Notes: generated from the sequence alone by a model not told the origin. A stretch of DNA of 64,000 nucleotides from Kiritimatiellia bacterium (GCA_031552845.1 JAVBMC010000028.1:4047-68046); one strand, 5' to 3'; shown: positions 1 to 9,582, counted from the first letter of the stretch. Program-made: numbers and translations.

Positions 1-32
1 TGGCGATTTGTTGGGGTTTGGGGGTATTTTGC

Positions 33-61
33 TTGTGGGTTGGGGGAGTTTATGGTATTAT
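33..61 (+). promoter_or_regulatory. Putative sigma70 promoter of rplM-rpsI (extended -10 TGgTATTAT)
   Basis: TTGTGG(33-38)-17 bp-TATTAT(56-61), preceded by TG; weak -35. Confidence 0.4.
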
Positions 62-190
62 TTCTGGCCTTTAGCGGTGTTTGTTGGTTGATGCGCGTTA
101 TTACTCCCTGTCGCGTCACCCCGGCAGAACGGATGTCGCAGTGTGCAGTTCACGGCGGGATTATTGTCTCCGCCATTTTACAGGGCATGA

Positions 191-619
191 ATGAAAACTA
201 CAGTTCCTAAGAATCCGGGCAATGACCGGAAGTGGCATCTGGTGGATGCCGCAGATCAACCTCTCGGCCGATTGGCCGTGAAGATAGCTAATGTGTTGCG
301 CGGAAAGAATCGCGCAGATTTCTCGCCGAGCGTGGATATGGGCGATTTTGTGATCGTCATCAACGCACGGAAGGTCAAACTGACCGGTAAGAAGGAAGAG
401 CAGAAGACTTACGAGACGTATTCCGGCTGGCGCGGCGGTCATAAGTATTTTGACGTCGAGACGATGCGCGAACGTCATCCTGACCGGATGATCAGCGAGG
501 CGGTTTGGGGGATGCTCCCGAAGACGAATAATGCACGGACGATGATGACGCGCCTGCGCGTGTTTGCCGATGGCGAGCACACTCATGCGGCTCAGAAGCC
601 GGAACCGATGCCCCTTTAA
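191..619 (+). CDS. rplM: 50S ribosomal protein L13
   Basis: RKWHLVDA..LGRLA, DMGDFVIVINA, GMLPK, HTHAAQKP motifs; upstream of S9. Confidence 0.98.
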   Translation: MKTTVPKNPGNDRKWHLVDAADQPLGRLAVKIANVLRGKNRADFSPSVDMGDFVIVINARKVKLTGKKEEQKTYETYSGWRGGHKYFDVETMRERHPDRMISEAVWGMLPKTNNARTMMTRLRVFADGEHTHAAQKPEPMPL

Positions 620-642
620 ACCTTCAGCGGAGATTTTGACAA

Positions 643-1041
643 ATGGCTAAAGAAAAAGAAATTGCAGCAGGGACCGGGCGGCGTAAAACAGCTGTCGCGC
701 GCGTCCGTTTGTTCAACGGTGCAGGGCAGTATGAGGTTAATGGCGCGAAGATGGAGAATTATATCCCCAGCGAAGCGTTGCGTAACTTCCTGCTTCAACC
801 GCTGGTGATTACCAGCACTCTGGGCAAGGTGGATCTGAAGGTCAGCGCCAATGGCGGTGGCATTGCAGGCCAAGCCGGTGCGATCCGTCATGGGTTGTCC
901 CGCGCCCTTATCGCGATGGATGCGTCTTTGCGTGACGTTCTGAAAAAGGCAGGCTGCCTGACGCGTGATCCGCGTATGAAAGAACGTAAGAAACCCGGCC
1001 AGCCCGGCGCGCGCAAACGCTTCCAATTCTCAAAACGTTAA
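643..1041 (+). CDS. rpsI: 30S ribosomal protein S9
   Basis: [27 protein letters not shown]-terminal [16 protein letters not shown]. Confidence 0.98.
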   Translation: MAKEKEIAAGTGRRKTAVARVRLFNGAGQYEVNGAKMENYIPSEALRNFLLQPLVITSTLGKVDLKVSANGGGIAGQAGAIRHGLSRALIAMDASLRDVLKKAGCLTRDPRMKERKKPGQPGARKRFQFSKR

Positions 1042-1146
1042 TATACGTGCGAGTTACAAGTCAAGCGCCCCGCCGTGGCGCCGCATGATTGCGGTTCAGT
1101 GGCGCAGGCGCTTGTGTTTACTTCTAACTTGCCGCACTTTTTTATC

Positions 1147-3162
1147 ATGATTTCATTGTTTAAAAAAGTGGTGACGGCATTAAAGGGCGGAGGCGCCAAA
1201 GACAAAGCGCCGAAGAAAGAGAAAGTATCTGCCCCGAAGTCCCCGCAGCATAAGCCGCGGGGCAACAAGGCGCAACAGGAACCGCGCCGTCCCCACCATA
1301 TTCCGAATCAACCGCAGCCGCATAAGTCCGGCTCCGGCAACAAACGCCCGCATACGGGCAGTGCGCCGCAGCCGAAGGCTCCGGCCGCAAATAGTGCAGG
1401 CCACCCGATCCGTCACCGCTCTCAAGCGGCCGCTAAACCCGCAAGCCGCCGTGGCGGCAGCGGCAGGCCCGCAGGCGGCAGTACGCCTGCTTCACAAGTT
1501 CGTCCCGGCGGCGCGATTGCATCTGCCGAAGTCCAGAAGCGCATGGATGCGCACAAGGCTTGGGACGTGGCGAGTTATGTTGTGCCGGCTGAGGAGGGCA
1601 AGGTGCGCTTTTGCGACTTGCAGCTCCCGACGGAGATTTTGCATGCTGTGGCTGATTTGGACTTCAAGTATTGCACGCCGATTCAGGCGCAGAGCTTGGA
1701 ATCCGCATTGGCCGGCAAGAACGTAACCGGCCGCGCCCAGACGGGCACCGGCAAGACGGCGGCGTTTTTGATTGCCATCCTGACGCGGTATCTGCGTAAC
1801 CCCGAGGGGCGTAATATGAGCGGCGGTTCGCCGCGTGCGTTGGTGATTGCGCCGACCCGCGAGCTGGTCATTCAGATCTGCAAGGACGCCGATGCGTTGG
1901 GCAAGTACTGCGGCGACATCCGTTCGCTGGCGGTGTATGGCGGTATGGACTATGAGCGTCAACGGGGCGAATTGCATGATGCGCCGGTTGATTTGCTGGT
2001 GGCTACGCCGGGGCGTCTGTTGGACTTCTGCCGTAACCGCATTATCGACCTGTCGAAGGTGGATACGCTGGTGATTGACGAGGCCGACCGTATGCTCGAC
2101 ATGGGCTTTATTCCCGACGTAAAGGCGATTATCCGCCGCTTGCCGCCGAAGGAGCAGCGCTGTACGATGATGTATAGCGCCACGCTCAGCGACGACGTGC
2201 TGCGTTTGGCCGCACAATGGATGCAGGAGCCGGTGCGCGTGGAGGTTGAGTCCGACACGCTGACGACCGACACCATCAAGCAGATCGTGTACATCGTTAC
2301 CGCGCAGGAAAAGTTCCAGGTGCTGTACAACCACATCAAGCAGTATGAAGATGCGCGCATGATCATCTTCTGCAACCGCAAGGTGACGACCGAGCATTTG
2401 GCCGACAACCTGCGCCGCTTCGGGATTCCGTGCGAGACGCTCAGCGGCGATGTGAACCAGAACAAGCGCTTGCAAGTGCTGGAAGACTTCCGCGAAGGCA
2501 AGATTCGCACCGTGGTGGCGACTGACGTGGCCGGCCGCGGAATTCACGTGGATGACATTGCGTTTGTGGTCAACTTCGACTTCCCCTATGAGGCAGAGGA
2601 TTATGTCCATCGCATTGGCCGCACCGGCCGCGCGGGGCACACCGGCACAGCGATTTCGTTTGCCGATGAGAACGAATCGTTTGCCATCCCGGATATTGAG
2701 AAGTACATCAACGAGCCGTTGAAGTGCAGCGTGCCCGAAGAGGCGCTTTTTGCGCCCCTGCCGGAACCGCCGCCGCGTCCGGCGCACCATCACCAGTCGC
2801 CCCGCGGGCAGAGCCGCCGTAATACGCCGCGCCCCCACGTGATTCAGCAGGAACCGCCTGCGTCCGTGCCGGCCGCGGAGAGTGCTGCTGAGGCTAAGCC
2901 TGCTGTTGAAGCGCCCGCGCCGAAACCGGAAGCCCCCAAGGCTGAAGCTCCCGCCCGTCACAAGGCGGAGGGTCACCCGGCCCCGGCTAAACCGGCACAG
3001 AAGGCCCATCATCACGATGCGCCGCGCCAAGGCCATAATAAGCCGCGTTACGACCGCGACCGTCATGCCCCGGAACGGGCACGCCGCGAGGAACCGAAGC
3101 CGGCGCAATATGTGCCGCCGACGCAGCCGTCCGGCGGTGAGGTCTGGCGTCCGGGGGAGTGA
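1147..3162 (+). CDS. DEAD-box RNA helicase (RhlB-like) with long disordered N- and C-terminal extensions
   Basis: Q motif CTPIQ, AQTGTGKT, PTREL, DEADRMLDMGF, SAT, HRIGRTGRAG; likely start ATG 1147 (MISLFKK). Confidence 0.93.
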   Translation: MISLFKKVVTALKGGGAKDKAPKKEKVSAPKSPQHKPRGNKAQQEPRRPHHIPNQPQPHKSGSGNKRPHTGSAPQPKAPAANSAGHPIRHRSQAAAKPASRRGGSGRPAGGSTPASQVRPGGAIASAEVQKRMDAHKAWDVASYVVPAEEGKVRFCDLQLPTEILHAVADLDFKYCTPIQAQSLESALAGKNVTGRAQTGTGKTAAFLIAILTRYLRNPEGRNMSGGSPRALVIAPTRELVIQICKDADALGKYCGDIRSLAVYGGMDYERQRGELHDAPVDLLVATPGRLLDFCRNRIIDLSKVDTLVIDEADRMLDMGFIPDVKAIIRRLPPKEQRCTMMYSATLSDDVLRLAAQWMQEPVRVEVESDTLTTDTIKQIVYIVTAQEKFQVLYNHIKQYEDARMIIFCNRKVTTEHLADNLRRFGIPCETLSGDVNQNKRLQVLEDFREGKIRTVVATDVAGRGIHVDDIAFVVNFDFPYEAEDYVHRIGRTGRAGHTGTAISFADENESFAIPDIEKYINEPLKCSVPEEALFAPLPEPPPRPAHHHQSPRGQSRRNTPRPHVIQQEPPASVPAAESAAEAKPAVEAPAPKPEAPKAEAPARHKAEGHPAPAKPAQKAHHHDAPRQGHNKPRYDRDRHAPERARREEPKPAQYVPPTQPSGGEVWRPGE

Positions 3163-3169
3163 TGTTTGA

Positions 3170-3198
3170 TTGACGCCCCCGAGGGCATCAGGTATAAT
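3170..3198 (+). promoter_or_regulatory. sigma70 promoter of the rpoZ-smpB-tatA operon
   Basis: TTGACG-17 bp-TATAAT, then GAGGAG RBS before GTG 3222. Confidence 0.75.
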
Positions 3199-3221
3199 TA
3201 GGGTTTCAGAGGAGAAAACGA

Positions 3222-3470
3222 GTGAATGTTGAATTGATCGAAAAAGCACGCACGCGCGTGCCGAGCGTGCCGGTGCTGATTAACATGGTTTCACGCCGCG
3301 TGAAGCAGCTGATCGCCGGGGACCGTCCGTTGGTCAAGCCGAAGTCCGTCGAAGAGGATAAGGCCGATATCGCCCTGCGCGAGATCGCCGAGGGTTTGTT
3401 GATCGCCGAAGTGGACTTCGACGCCATCAACCGTGCTGAAGATGCGCAGACGCGCTGGACGCGTAAGTAA
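3222..3470 (+). CDS. rpoZ: RNA polymerase omega subunit (PVC-type)
   Basis: LINMVSRRVKQL..G.RPLV...DIALREIAEG pattern; 82 aa; strong RBS. Confidence 0.85.
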   Translation: MNVELIEKARTRVPSVPVLINMVSRRVKQLIAGDRPLVKPKSVEEDKADIALREIAEGLLIAEVDFDAINRAEDAQTRWTRK

Positions 3471-3484
3471 TCGGGAGGCCCGCA

Positions 3485-3970
3485 ATGGCCGGCGACGATA
3501 AACCCCGTAATGGCGGCAATCTCGCAACCAACCGTAAGGCGTTGCATGATTACAGCGTTGTGGAAAAGTTCGAAGCCGGCATTGAGCTCCTTGGGACGGA
3601 GATCAAGGTCGTGCGGGCAGGTTCGGCAGGGCTGGTCGGAGCTTGGGCGAAGATCGAGCAGGACGGCCAGCTGTTCGTCAACCAGATGCACATCCCGCCG
3701 TATGAGTTCGGCAACCGCTTCAATCACGAAGCCATGAGGCCGCGGCGGCTGCTGATGCACAAGAAAGAGATTCTCAAGCTGAAGGCGCAAAGCGAGCAGA
3801 AGGGGCTCGCACTCATTCCTCTGCGCCTCTACCTCACCCCCAAGGGTAAGGTTAAAGTGGAGTTGGGCCTCTGCCGGGGGAAGGCAGTGGCCGATAAACG
3901 CGAGACTGTCAAGCGCCGCGACGCCGATCGGGAGACTCGGCGGGCAATAGCCGACCGCGGGCGCTATTAA
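3485..3970 (+). CDS. smpB: SsrA-binding protein
   Basis: NRKALHDY..FEAGIELLGTEIK, R.RRLLMHKKEI, GK..DKRETVKRRD. Confidence 0.97.
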   Translation: MAGDDKPRNGGNLATNRKALHDYSVVEKFEAGIELLGTEIKVVRAGSAGLVGAWAKIEQDGQLFVNQMHIPPYEFGNRFNHEAMRPRRLLMHKKEILKLKAQSEQKGLALIPLRLYLTPKGKVKVELGLCRGKAVADKRETVKRRDADRETRRAIADRGRY

Positions 3971-3980
3971 GGAGAGAGTT

Positions 3981-4220
3981 ATGCAGATGCCGTTAGGATT
4001 CATTCAAAACATCGGGCCCGTCCAACTGTTGATCGTTGTGGGCGTTTTGATTCTCGTCTTCGGACCGAAGAAGCTGCCCGATTTCGCCCGTTCGCTGGGG
4101 CGCAGCCTTGGCGAGTTCAAGAAGGGCAAGGCCGAAGGCGACCGCTTGGCCGATGAGAAAATCAACGATATGCTCAAGGAAGGCGACAAGGATAAGACGG
4201 ACGACGCCGACAAGGCGTAA
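3981..4220 (+). CDS. tatA: Twin-arginine translocase TatA/E subunit
   Basis: IG..QLLIV...LVFGPKKLPDFARSLGRSLGEFKK; acidic tail. Confidence 0.93.
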   Translation: MQMPLGFIQNIGPVQLLIVVGVLILVFGPKKLPDFARSLGRSLGEFKKGKAEGDRLADEKINDMLKEGDKDKTDDADKA

Positions 4221-4246
4221 TCCCTCGAACCTTGCGTGCGTTGGCG

Positions 4247-5083
4247 ATGGTCATCATTGAGCCCCATATTCACATGACCACCCGGACGACGGATGACTAC
4301 GCCGCCATGTATGCGGCAGGCATCCGGGCGTGCGTCGAGCCTGCATTCTGGCTCGGCGTCAACCGCCGTTATGCGGGGTCGTTCTTCGACCAATTCAATC
4401 TCATGCTTGAGTTTGAAACCGTGCGCGCACGGCGGATGGGCATCGACCATTTCTGCGCGGTGGCGCTCAATCCCAAAGAGGCCGATGATGAGGGACTGGC
4501 AAATGAAGTGCTCTCAGGGCTCGACGAATATTTAAATCATCCCCGGTGCGTCGCACTCGGCGAGATCGGCTTCAACAACATCACACCTGCGGAAGAGCGC
4601 GCGTTCGTGCGTCAGCTCGAGATGGCCAAAGCGCGGCAGATGCCCGTCATCATCCACTCGCCGCACGTTAACAAACTCGAAGGCGTCAAACGGATCTGCG
4701 CGATTGTCAAAGAGTCAGACATGAATCCTGACTTAATCGAGATCGACCACAACACCGAAGAGACCATTGCCCTCAGCCGTGCAACCGGCTGTTATTGCGG
4801 CATGACCGTCTATCCAATTTCCAAACTCAATCCGCAACGGGTGTCGGCCATTATCCGCGAATACGGCTCCGAGCGCATGGTCGTCAACGGCAGCGCCGAC
4901 TGGGGTGTTTCAGATCCACTCAGCCTGCCCAAAACCGTGGCCGTCATGCGCGAAGAAGGCCATGACGATGCCGCCATCAAACGCATCGTGTTCGACAACG
5001 CCATGGCATTTTATTCGGCCTCGCCGAATTGGAAACCGGACCTGGCCATCGCGCCACTGCCGGTCAATGAGTTCCAGCGCTAA
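4247..5083 (+). CDS. eboB: TatD-family metallohydrolase, EboB-like
   Basis: PHIHMTTRTTDDY..M..AG...EPAFWLG, LNPKEA, GEIG, DHN, SADWGVSDPL; next to an EboC-like gene. Confidence 0.8.
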   Translation: MVIIEPHIHMTTRTTDDYAAMYAAGIRACVEPAFWLGVNRRYAGSFFDQFNLMLEFETVRARRMGIDHFCAVALNPKEADDEGLANEVLSGLDEYLNHPRCVALGEIGFNNITPAEERAFVRQLEMAKARQMPVIIHSPHVNKLEGVKRICAIVKESDMNPDLIEIDHNTEETIALSRATGCYCGMTVYPISKLNPQRVSAIIREYGSERMVVNGSADWGVSDPLSLPKTVAVMREEGHDDAAIKRIVFDNAMAFYSASPNWKPDLAIAPLPVNEFQR

Positions 5084-5110
5084 CGCTTAACATCCAAAAG
5101 GAGATCGGTT

Positions 5111-5998
5111 ATGGCTTCGACGGCTCTCGCGAAATTACGGGCGTGGTGTACGTTGATCCGCCTGCCGAATATTTTTACGGTTCCCGGTGATGTGGCAGTT
5201 GGATTCATGCTCACGGGGCAACGTCCGAACTGGGCATTCGCCGCAAGCGTCACGGCGGGCGTGCTGCTCTACTGCGCCGGCTTGATTCTAAACGACGCAC
5301 ATGATTTAGCCGAAGACCAAGCGGAGCGTCCGCTGCGGCCATTACCCAGCGGAGCGATTGCTGTCTCGACGGCGATCTCGGCTCTGTGTTTGTGCATGAC
5401 GGCGGCATTTGTGCTGGGGCTGACCGTGCTGAATGTCTACTCCTTCGCAATCATCTGCGGCGTATCGTTGTTGATTGTTCTGTACAACACAATCCTCAAA
5501 ATGGGCTGGGTCGTTGGCCTGTGCCGCGTAGGATTGATTGGCTTAGGCGCGAGCACCGCGGACTTCGCTTCGCTCGAGTTGGCGCAGATAAAGACCGTTG
5601 GGATTGTCGCATTGACGGTGTTTGCCTACGTGGTGTCAGTCAGTTGGGTTGCGGCACGTGAAACACAAAAACGCCGCGTGGTGCCATTCAACTACTTACC
5701 TGCGCTGTGCCTAGCGATTGGATGCGGAGCATTGCGACTCTTGGGGCTATCCTCGATGCTCTTTAATTACAGTGCCATGATAATCGCCTTTTCGGCAGTC
5801 ACAATTGGACTCAACCTCGGGGGCGTGCCCGAACCCCGCACCGTGCAACGCGCCGTCGGCTATTGGCTCGTGTTGCTGCCGCTTGTGCAAGCCAGCTTCA
5901 TACTCCTAGCCCTGCCCATCTGCTGGCCCGTCCTCGCCGGACTCTGCATCTGCTGGGCCGCCAGCCTTGCGCTCAGCTTTATATTTCCACCATCGTGA
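5111..5998 (+). CDS. eboC: UbiA-family prenyltransferase, EboC-like
   Basis: LIRLPNIFT..GD, LND..D..ED..ERPLRPLPSG motif; multiple TM helices. Confidence 0.75.
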   Translation: MASTALAKLRAWCTLIRLPNIFTVPGDVAVGFMLTGQRPNWAFAASVTAGVLLYCAGLILNDAHDLAEDQAERPLRPLPSGAIAVSTAISALCLCMTAAFVLGLTVLNVYSFAIICGVSLLIVLYNTILKMGWVVGLCRVGLIGLGASTADFASLELAQIKTVGIVALTVFAYVVSVSWVAARETQKRRVVPFNYLPALCLAIGCGALRLLGLSSMLFNYSAMIIAFSAVTIGLNLGGVPEPRTVQRAVGYWLVLLPLVQASFILLALPICWPVLAGLCICWAASLALSFIFPPS

Positions 5999-6247
5999 GC
6001 TCATGGCACTCTTTTCCGACGAAGTCGCTGCAATCGTGTTAAGAAAATGTTCGGTTAACGCGGGTAGGTGTGTTCGTCGCGTGTGCCGCGTTACGTTAAT
6101 TTTTTCAGATTAACGAACTCTCCTTTTCATCCAAAGCATCACTTCGACTGTTGTTGCGTGAATGTGTTGTATTTGCGTTCTGCCGGACTGACCTTCGTAA
6201 ATTATTTTCCACCCTTTAGCTGTATAAAGTGGACTGTATTTAAATCA

Positions 6248-6346
6248 GATCACACCTAGCTTCGGAGGTAGAGGTCACTTGACCTCAGAGTACGATCTGA
6301 CCTGACCTCAAAGTCAGAGGTCGCCTGACCTCAGGGTACGAGGTCA
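6248..6346. repeat. Degenerate tandem array, 23-bp period, palindromic core GAGGTCA-N2-TGACCTC
   Basis: TGACCTC at 6280, 6303, 6326; GAGGTC at 6271, 6317, 6340. Confidence 0.85.
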
Positions 6347-6573
6347 GGCGTGATGTGGGGCCGAGTCAAAATCCGCTTTGTTGTTGATGTGGGGTATTAC
6401 ACAGGGTTATTGGGTGATAAGGGGTTGTTTGGTGTTTTATTTGGATTGCGGTTGGGTTGTTCCGGCAATTTGCATGGATGGGGTTGGTGGTGTGAAAATG
6501 TTTGAGCGGGATGTTCTTGGGGAGGGGCGGAAATCTGTGGTGCAGGTCGCGGGCGGGTGGGGGTAGTTTGGGG

Positions 6574-6602
6574 TTGCTTTTGGGCGTGGGGTGTGGTAAA
6601 AT
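6574..6602 (+). promoter_or_regulatory. Putative sigma70 promoter of oxidoreductase 1
   Basis: TTGCTT-17 bp-TAAAAT with TG extension; GAGGAGG RBS before 6638. Confidence 0.55.
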
Positions 6603-6637
6603 GCGGGCAGTTTTTATAAATTAGAGGAGGTTGTGTC

Positions 6638-7996
6638 ATGTCTGGTTTTGAGTTAAACCGCCGTGAGTTTGTGGCGGCGGGCGGGGTGGCTACGGCTGCG
6701 GTGTTGGCGGGGTGTTCGACGTGTTCGGCTGCGGATTTGTATAAGCCGCCGGCTACCGTGAAGAAGGGGCAGTTGATTAAGGATCGCAAGATCAATATCG
6801 CTTGCGTGGGTATCGGGGGCATGGGCGCGGGCGATGCGGGCCATTGGACGAATGAGAATGTGGTGGCTTTGTGCGACGTGGATGATCGTAACGCGGGTAA
6901 GACGCGCGAGAAGTATCCGAATGCGCCGTACTTTAGGGACTATCGTGAGATGCTGGCGAAGCTGGGGGATCAGATTGATGCGGTGACGGTTTCGACGCCG
7001 GATCATATGCACTTCCCGATTGCTTTGGCGGCGATTCAGGCGGGCAAGCATGTGTATGTGCAGAAGCCGCTGACGCAGACGATTCATGAGGCGCGTGCGT
7101 TGCGCGAGGCTGCGCGGATTCATAATGTGAAGACGCAGATGGGTAACCAAGGTCACAGCAATGAGGGGACGCGGCTGTGTAAGGAGTGGATTGAGGCGGG
7201 GGTGATTGGCGATGTGACGCGTGTGGATATTTGGACGAACCGTCCGATTTGGCCGCAGAACTGTCAGTTGCCTACGGATACGCCGCCGGTACCGGAGGGC
7301 GTGGATTGGAATCTGTGGCTGGGCGTGGCTCCACAGCGTCCGTATAATGGTTGTTATATGCCGTTTAAGTGGCGCGGCTGGTGGGATTATGGCTGTGGCG
7401 CGATTGGCGATATGGGCTGTCATACGATGGATGCGGCGTTTTGGGCGTTGGATCTGGCGGCGCCGACTCGCGTGGAGTTGGTGGAGATTGACGGCGGGAC
7501 GGAGTGGTCGCCTGCGAAGGGTGCGATTGTGAAGTTCACGTTCCCGGCGCGCGGCAAGCTGCCGCCTTGCACGATGACGTGGTATGAGGGTTCGAAGAAG
7601 GCGCCGATGCCGCCGACGTTGGAGGCGGGACGTGACTTGGGTAACTCGGGCCAGCTGTTCTATGGTACGAAGGGTATCTTGCACGGCGGCGGCGATTATT
7701 GCAATAGTGTGCGTCTGATTCCGGAGTCTGCGATGGGTGAGTTTAAGAACAAGCCTGAGAAGACGTTGCCGCGCGTTGAACGGGGCGATCATTATAATAA
7801 CTGGCTGGATGCAATCCGCGGCAAGGTGGAGGAGGCGTGCTCGAACTTTGAGCATGCGGCGCCGTTGTCGGAGCTGGGATCGTTGGGTAATCTGGCGATC
7901 CGTTCGGGCAAGAGTTTTAATTGGGATGCGAAGGCGATGAAGGCTTCGGACCCGATTGCCCAGCAGTATGTGACGAAGGCGTACCGTAAGTTCTAA
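6638..7996 (+). CDS. Gfo/Idh/MocA NAD(P)-dependent oxidoreductase, predicted Tat lipoprotein
   Basis: NRREFV twin-Arg signal, LAGC lipobox, GIGGMG, TPDHMH, QKPLT, GDMGCH. Confidence 0.92.
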   Translation: MSGFELNRREFVAAGGVATAAVLAGCSTCSAADLYKPPATVKKGQLIKDRKINIACVGIGGMGAGDAGHWTNENVVALCDVDDRNAGKTREKYPNAPYFRDYREMLAKLGDQIDAVTVSTPDHMHFPIALAAIQAGKHVYVQKPLTQTIHEARALREAARIHNVKTQMGNQGHSNEGTRLCKEWIEAGVIGDVTRVDIWTNRPIWPQNCQLPTDTPPVPEGVDWNLWLGVAPQRPYNGCYMPFKWRGWWDYGCGAIGDMGCHTMDAAFWALDLAAPTRVELVEIDGGTEWSPAKGAIVKFTFPARGKLPPCTMTWYEGSKKAPMPPTLEAGRDLGNSGQLFYGTKGILHGGGDYCNSVRLIPESAMGEFKNKPEKTLPRVERGDHYNNWLDAIRGKVEEACSNFEHAAPLSELGSLGNLAIRSGKSFNWDAKAMKASDPIAQQYVTKAYRKF

Positions 7997-8019
7997 CGGA
8001 TTGCTTTGTAGTGCACGAG

Positions 8020-8053
8020 AGCCGGCCAGTTTCTGGCCGGCTTTTCCTTTTTT
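8020..8053 (+). terminator. Intrinsic terminator
   Basis: GCCGGCCAG-ttt-CTGGCCGGC followed by TTTTCCTTTTTT. Confidence 0.85.
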
Positions 8054-8155
8054 GTGGCACCCATGGGGGTGGTTTTGCGCAGGGTGGTTTAGCTCTCGGG
8101 GGAAGGGCTTGATTTGGCGGAAATATTCGTTTTGCAGGGGATTTTCTTTTTTGAG

Positions 8156-8184
8156 TTGCGTTGCATATCGCTTTATGGTACACT
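8156..8184 (+). promoter_or_regulatory. Putative sigma70 promoter of oxidoreductase 2
   Basis: TTGCGT-17 bp-TACACT with TG extension. Confidence 0.55.
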
Positions 8185-8220
8185 TTGGACGCGTTTGTCT
8201 TTCCTTTATGCGAGGGTAGT

Positions 8221-9582
8221 ATGTCCGATTTTGAACTAAGCCGCCGAAATTTTGTAGTTACCGCCGCCGTGGCTGCCGCTTCGGTGTCGATTGCTAATGA
8301 GAAAATTAAACCGTCCGCTGCGTCGGAAGCGCCGAAGGCGTTGAAAAAAGGCAAGCTGGTTAAGGGGCGCAAGATTAACATTGCCTGCGTGGGAGTTGGC
8401 GGCGTGGGTGAACGCGATGCGTTGCATTGGGAAGACGAGAATGTTGTGGCGCTGTGCGACGTTGATGAGCGCATGAGCACGAAAACGCGCGAACGTTATC
8501 CGGATGCGGAGTTCTATCAGGACTATCGGGAGATGTTTGCCAAGTGCGGGGATAAATTTGATGCGGTAACGATTGCGACGCCTGACCATATGCATTATCC
8601 GATTGCGTTGGCGGCGATTCAGATGGGCAAGCATGTGTTCATGCAGAAGCCGCTGGCGCAAACGGTGACGGAGATGCGAGCATTGGCCAAGATGGCGAAG
8701 CTGCATGATGTGAAAACGCAGATGTGCAATCAAGGGCACAGCAACGAAGGAACGCGGTTGTGCAAGGAGTGGATTACTGCGGGTTTGATTGGCGATGTGA
8801 CGCGTGTGGATGTTTGGACGAACCGTCCGGTGTGGCCGCAGAATTGTCAGCTGCCGGCCGATGTGCAGCAGGTGCCGGAGGGGTTGGATTGGAATTTGTG
8901 GCAGGGCGTTGCCGCGGAGCGGCCTTATAATGAGTGTTATCTGCCGCTGAAGTGGCGCGGCTGGTGGGACTACGGTTGTGGGGCGACGGGCGATGCGTGC
9001 GGGCATACGATGGATGCGATGTATTGGGCTTTGGAGCTGGGGGCGCCTTCACGTGTCGAGCTGACGGCGATTGAAGGCGGGACTGAATGGTCGGCGCCTG
9101 CGGGATTGAGTTTGAAGTACCACTTCCCCAAGCGCGGCGGTTTCCCGGCTTGCGTGGTCAATTGGTATGAAGGCACGAAGCGTCCGCCGCTGCCGCAGGG
9201 GTTGGGCGAGGGCGTAAAGCTTGATCCTGCCGGACAGCTGTTTTACGGCAGCAAGGGATTTTTGTATGCGGTGGGGGATTATTGCAATAGCGTGAGGCTG
9301 TTGCCCGATGCTTTCATGGAGTCTGTCAAGGATAAGCTGCCAGCCAAAACGTTGCCGCGCATTGAGCGGGGCGATCATTATAATAATTGGCTGGACGCCA
9401 TCCGTGGCAAAGTAGATGAAGCGTGTTCGCACTTCGGCTATTCCGCCGGATTGTCCGAGCTCGGCGCATTGGGCAGCATGGCCGCACGTGCCGGACGCAG
9501 CTTCGATTGGGATGCTGCACAGGCCAAGGCCTCAGACCCGTTGGCGCAGCGGTATGTGACCAAAACATACCGTGTGTTCTAG
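8221..9582 (+). CDS. Gfo/Idh/MocA oxidoreductase, Tat signal (paralog 2)
   Basis: SRRNFV signal, GVGGVG, TPDHMH, QKPLA; collinear with 6638-7996; start ATG 8221. Confidence 0.92.
   Translation: MSDFELSRRNFVVTAAVAAASVSIANEKIKPSAASEAPKALKKGKLVKGRKINIACVGVGGVGERDALHWEDENVVALCDVDERMSTKTRERYPDAEFYQDYREMFAKCGDKFDAVTIATPDHMHYPIALAAIQMGKHVFMQKPLAQTVTEMRALAKMAKLHDVKTQMCNQGHSNEGTRLCKEWITAGLIGDVTRVDVWTNRPVWPQNCQLPADVQQVPEGLDWNLWQGVAAERPYNECYLPLKWRGWWDYGCGATGDACGHTMDAMYWALELGAPSRVELTAIEGGTEWSAPAGLSLKYHFPKRGGFPACVVNWYEGTKRPPLPQGLGEGVKLDPAGQLFYGSKGFLYAVGDYCNSVRLLPDAFMESVKDKLPAKTLPRIERGDHYNNWLDAIRGKVDEACSHFGYSAGLSELGALGSMAARAGRSFDWDAAQAKASDPLAQRYVTKTYRVF

Noticed and set aside
1492-3249. Long antisense ORFs (also 6653-7855, 37518-38837, 51055-52275, 52641-54275, 56057-57028, 59584-60963)
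   Set aside because: They shadow well-supported genes on the opposite strand, have no recognisable motifs, and are expected from high GC and biased codon use.
3485-3980. tmRNA gene next to smpB
   Set aside because: Flanking gaps are only 10-14 bp and no tRNA-like ends or tag frame were seen in the window.
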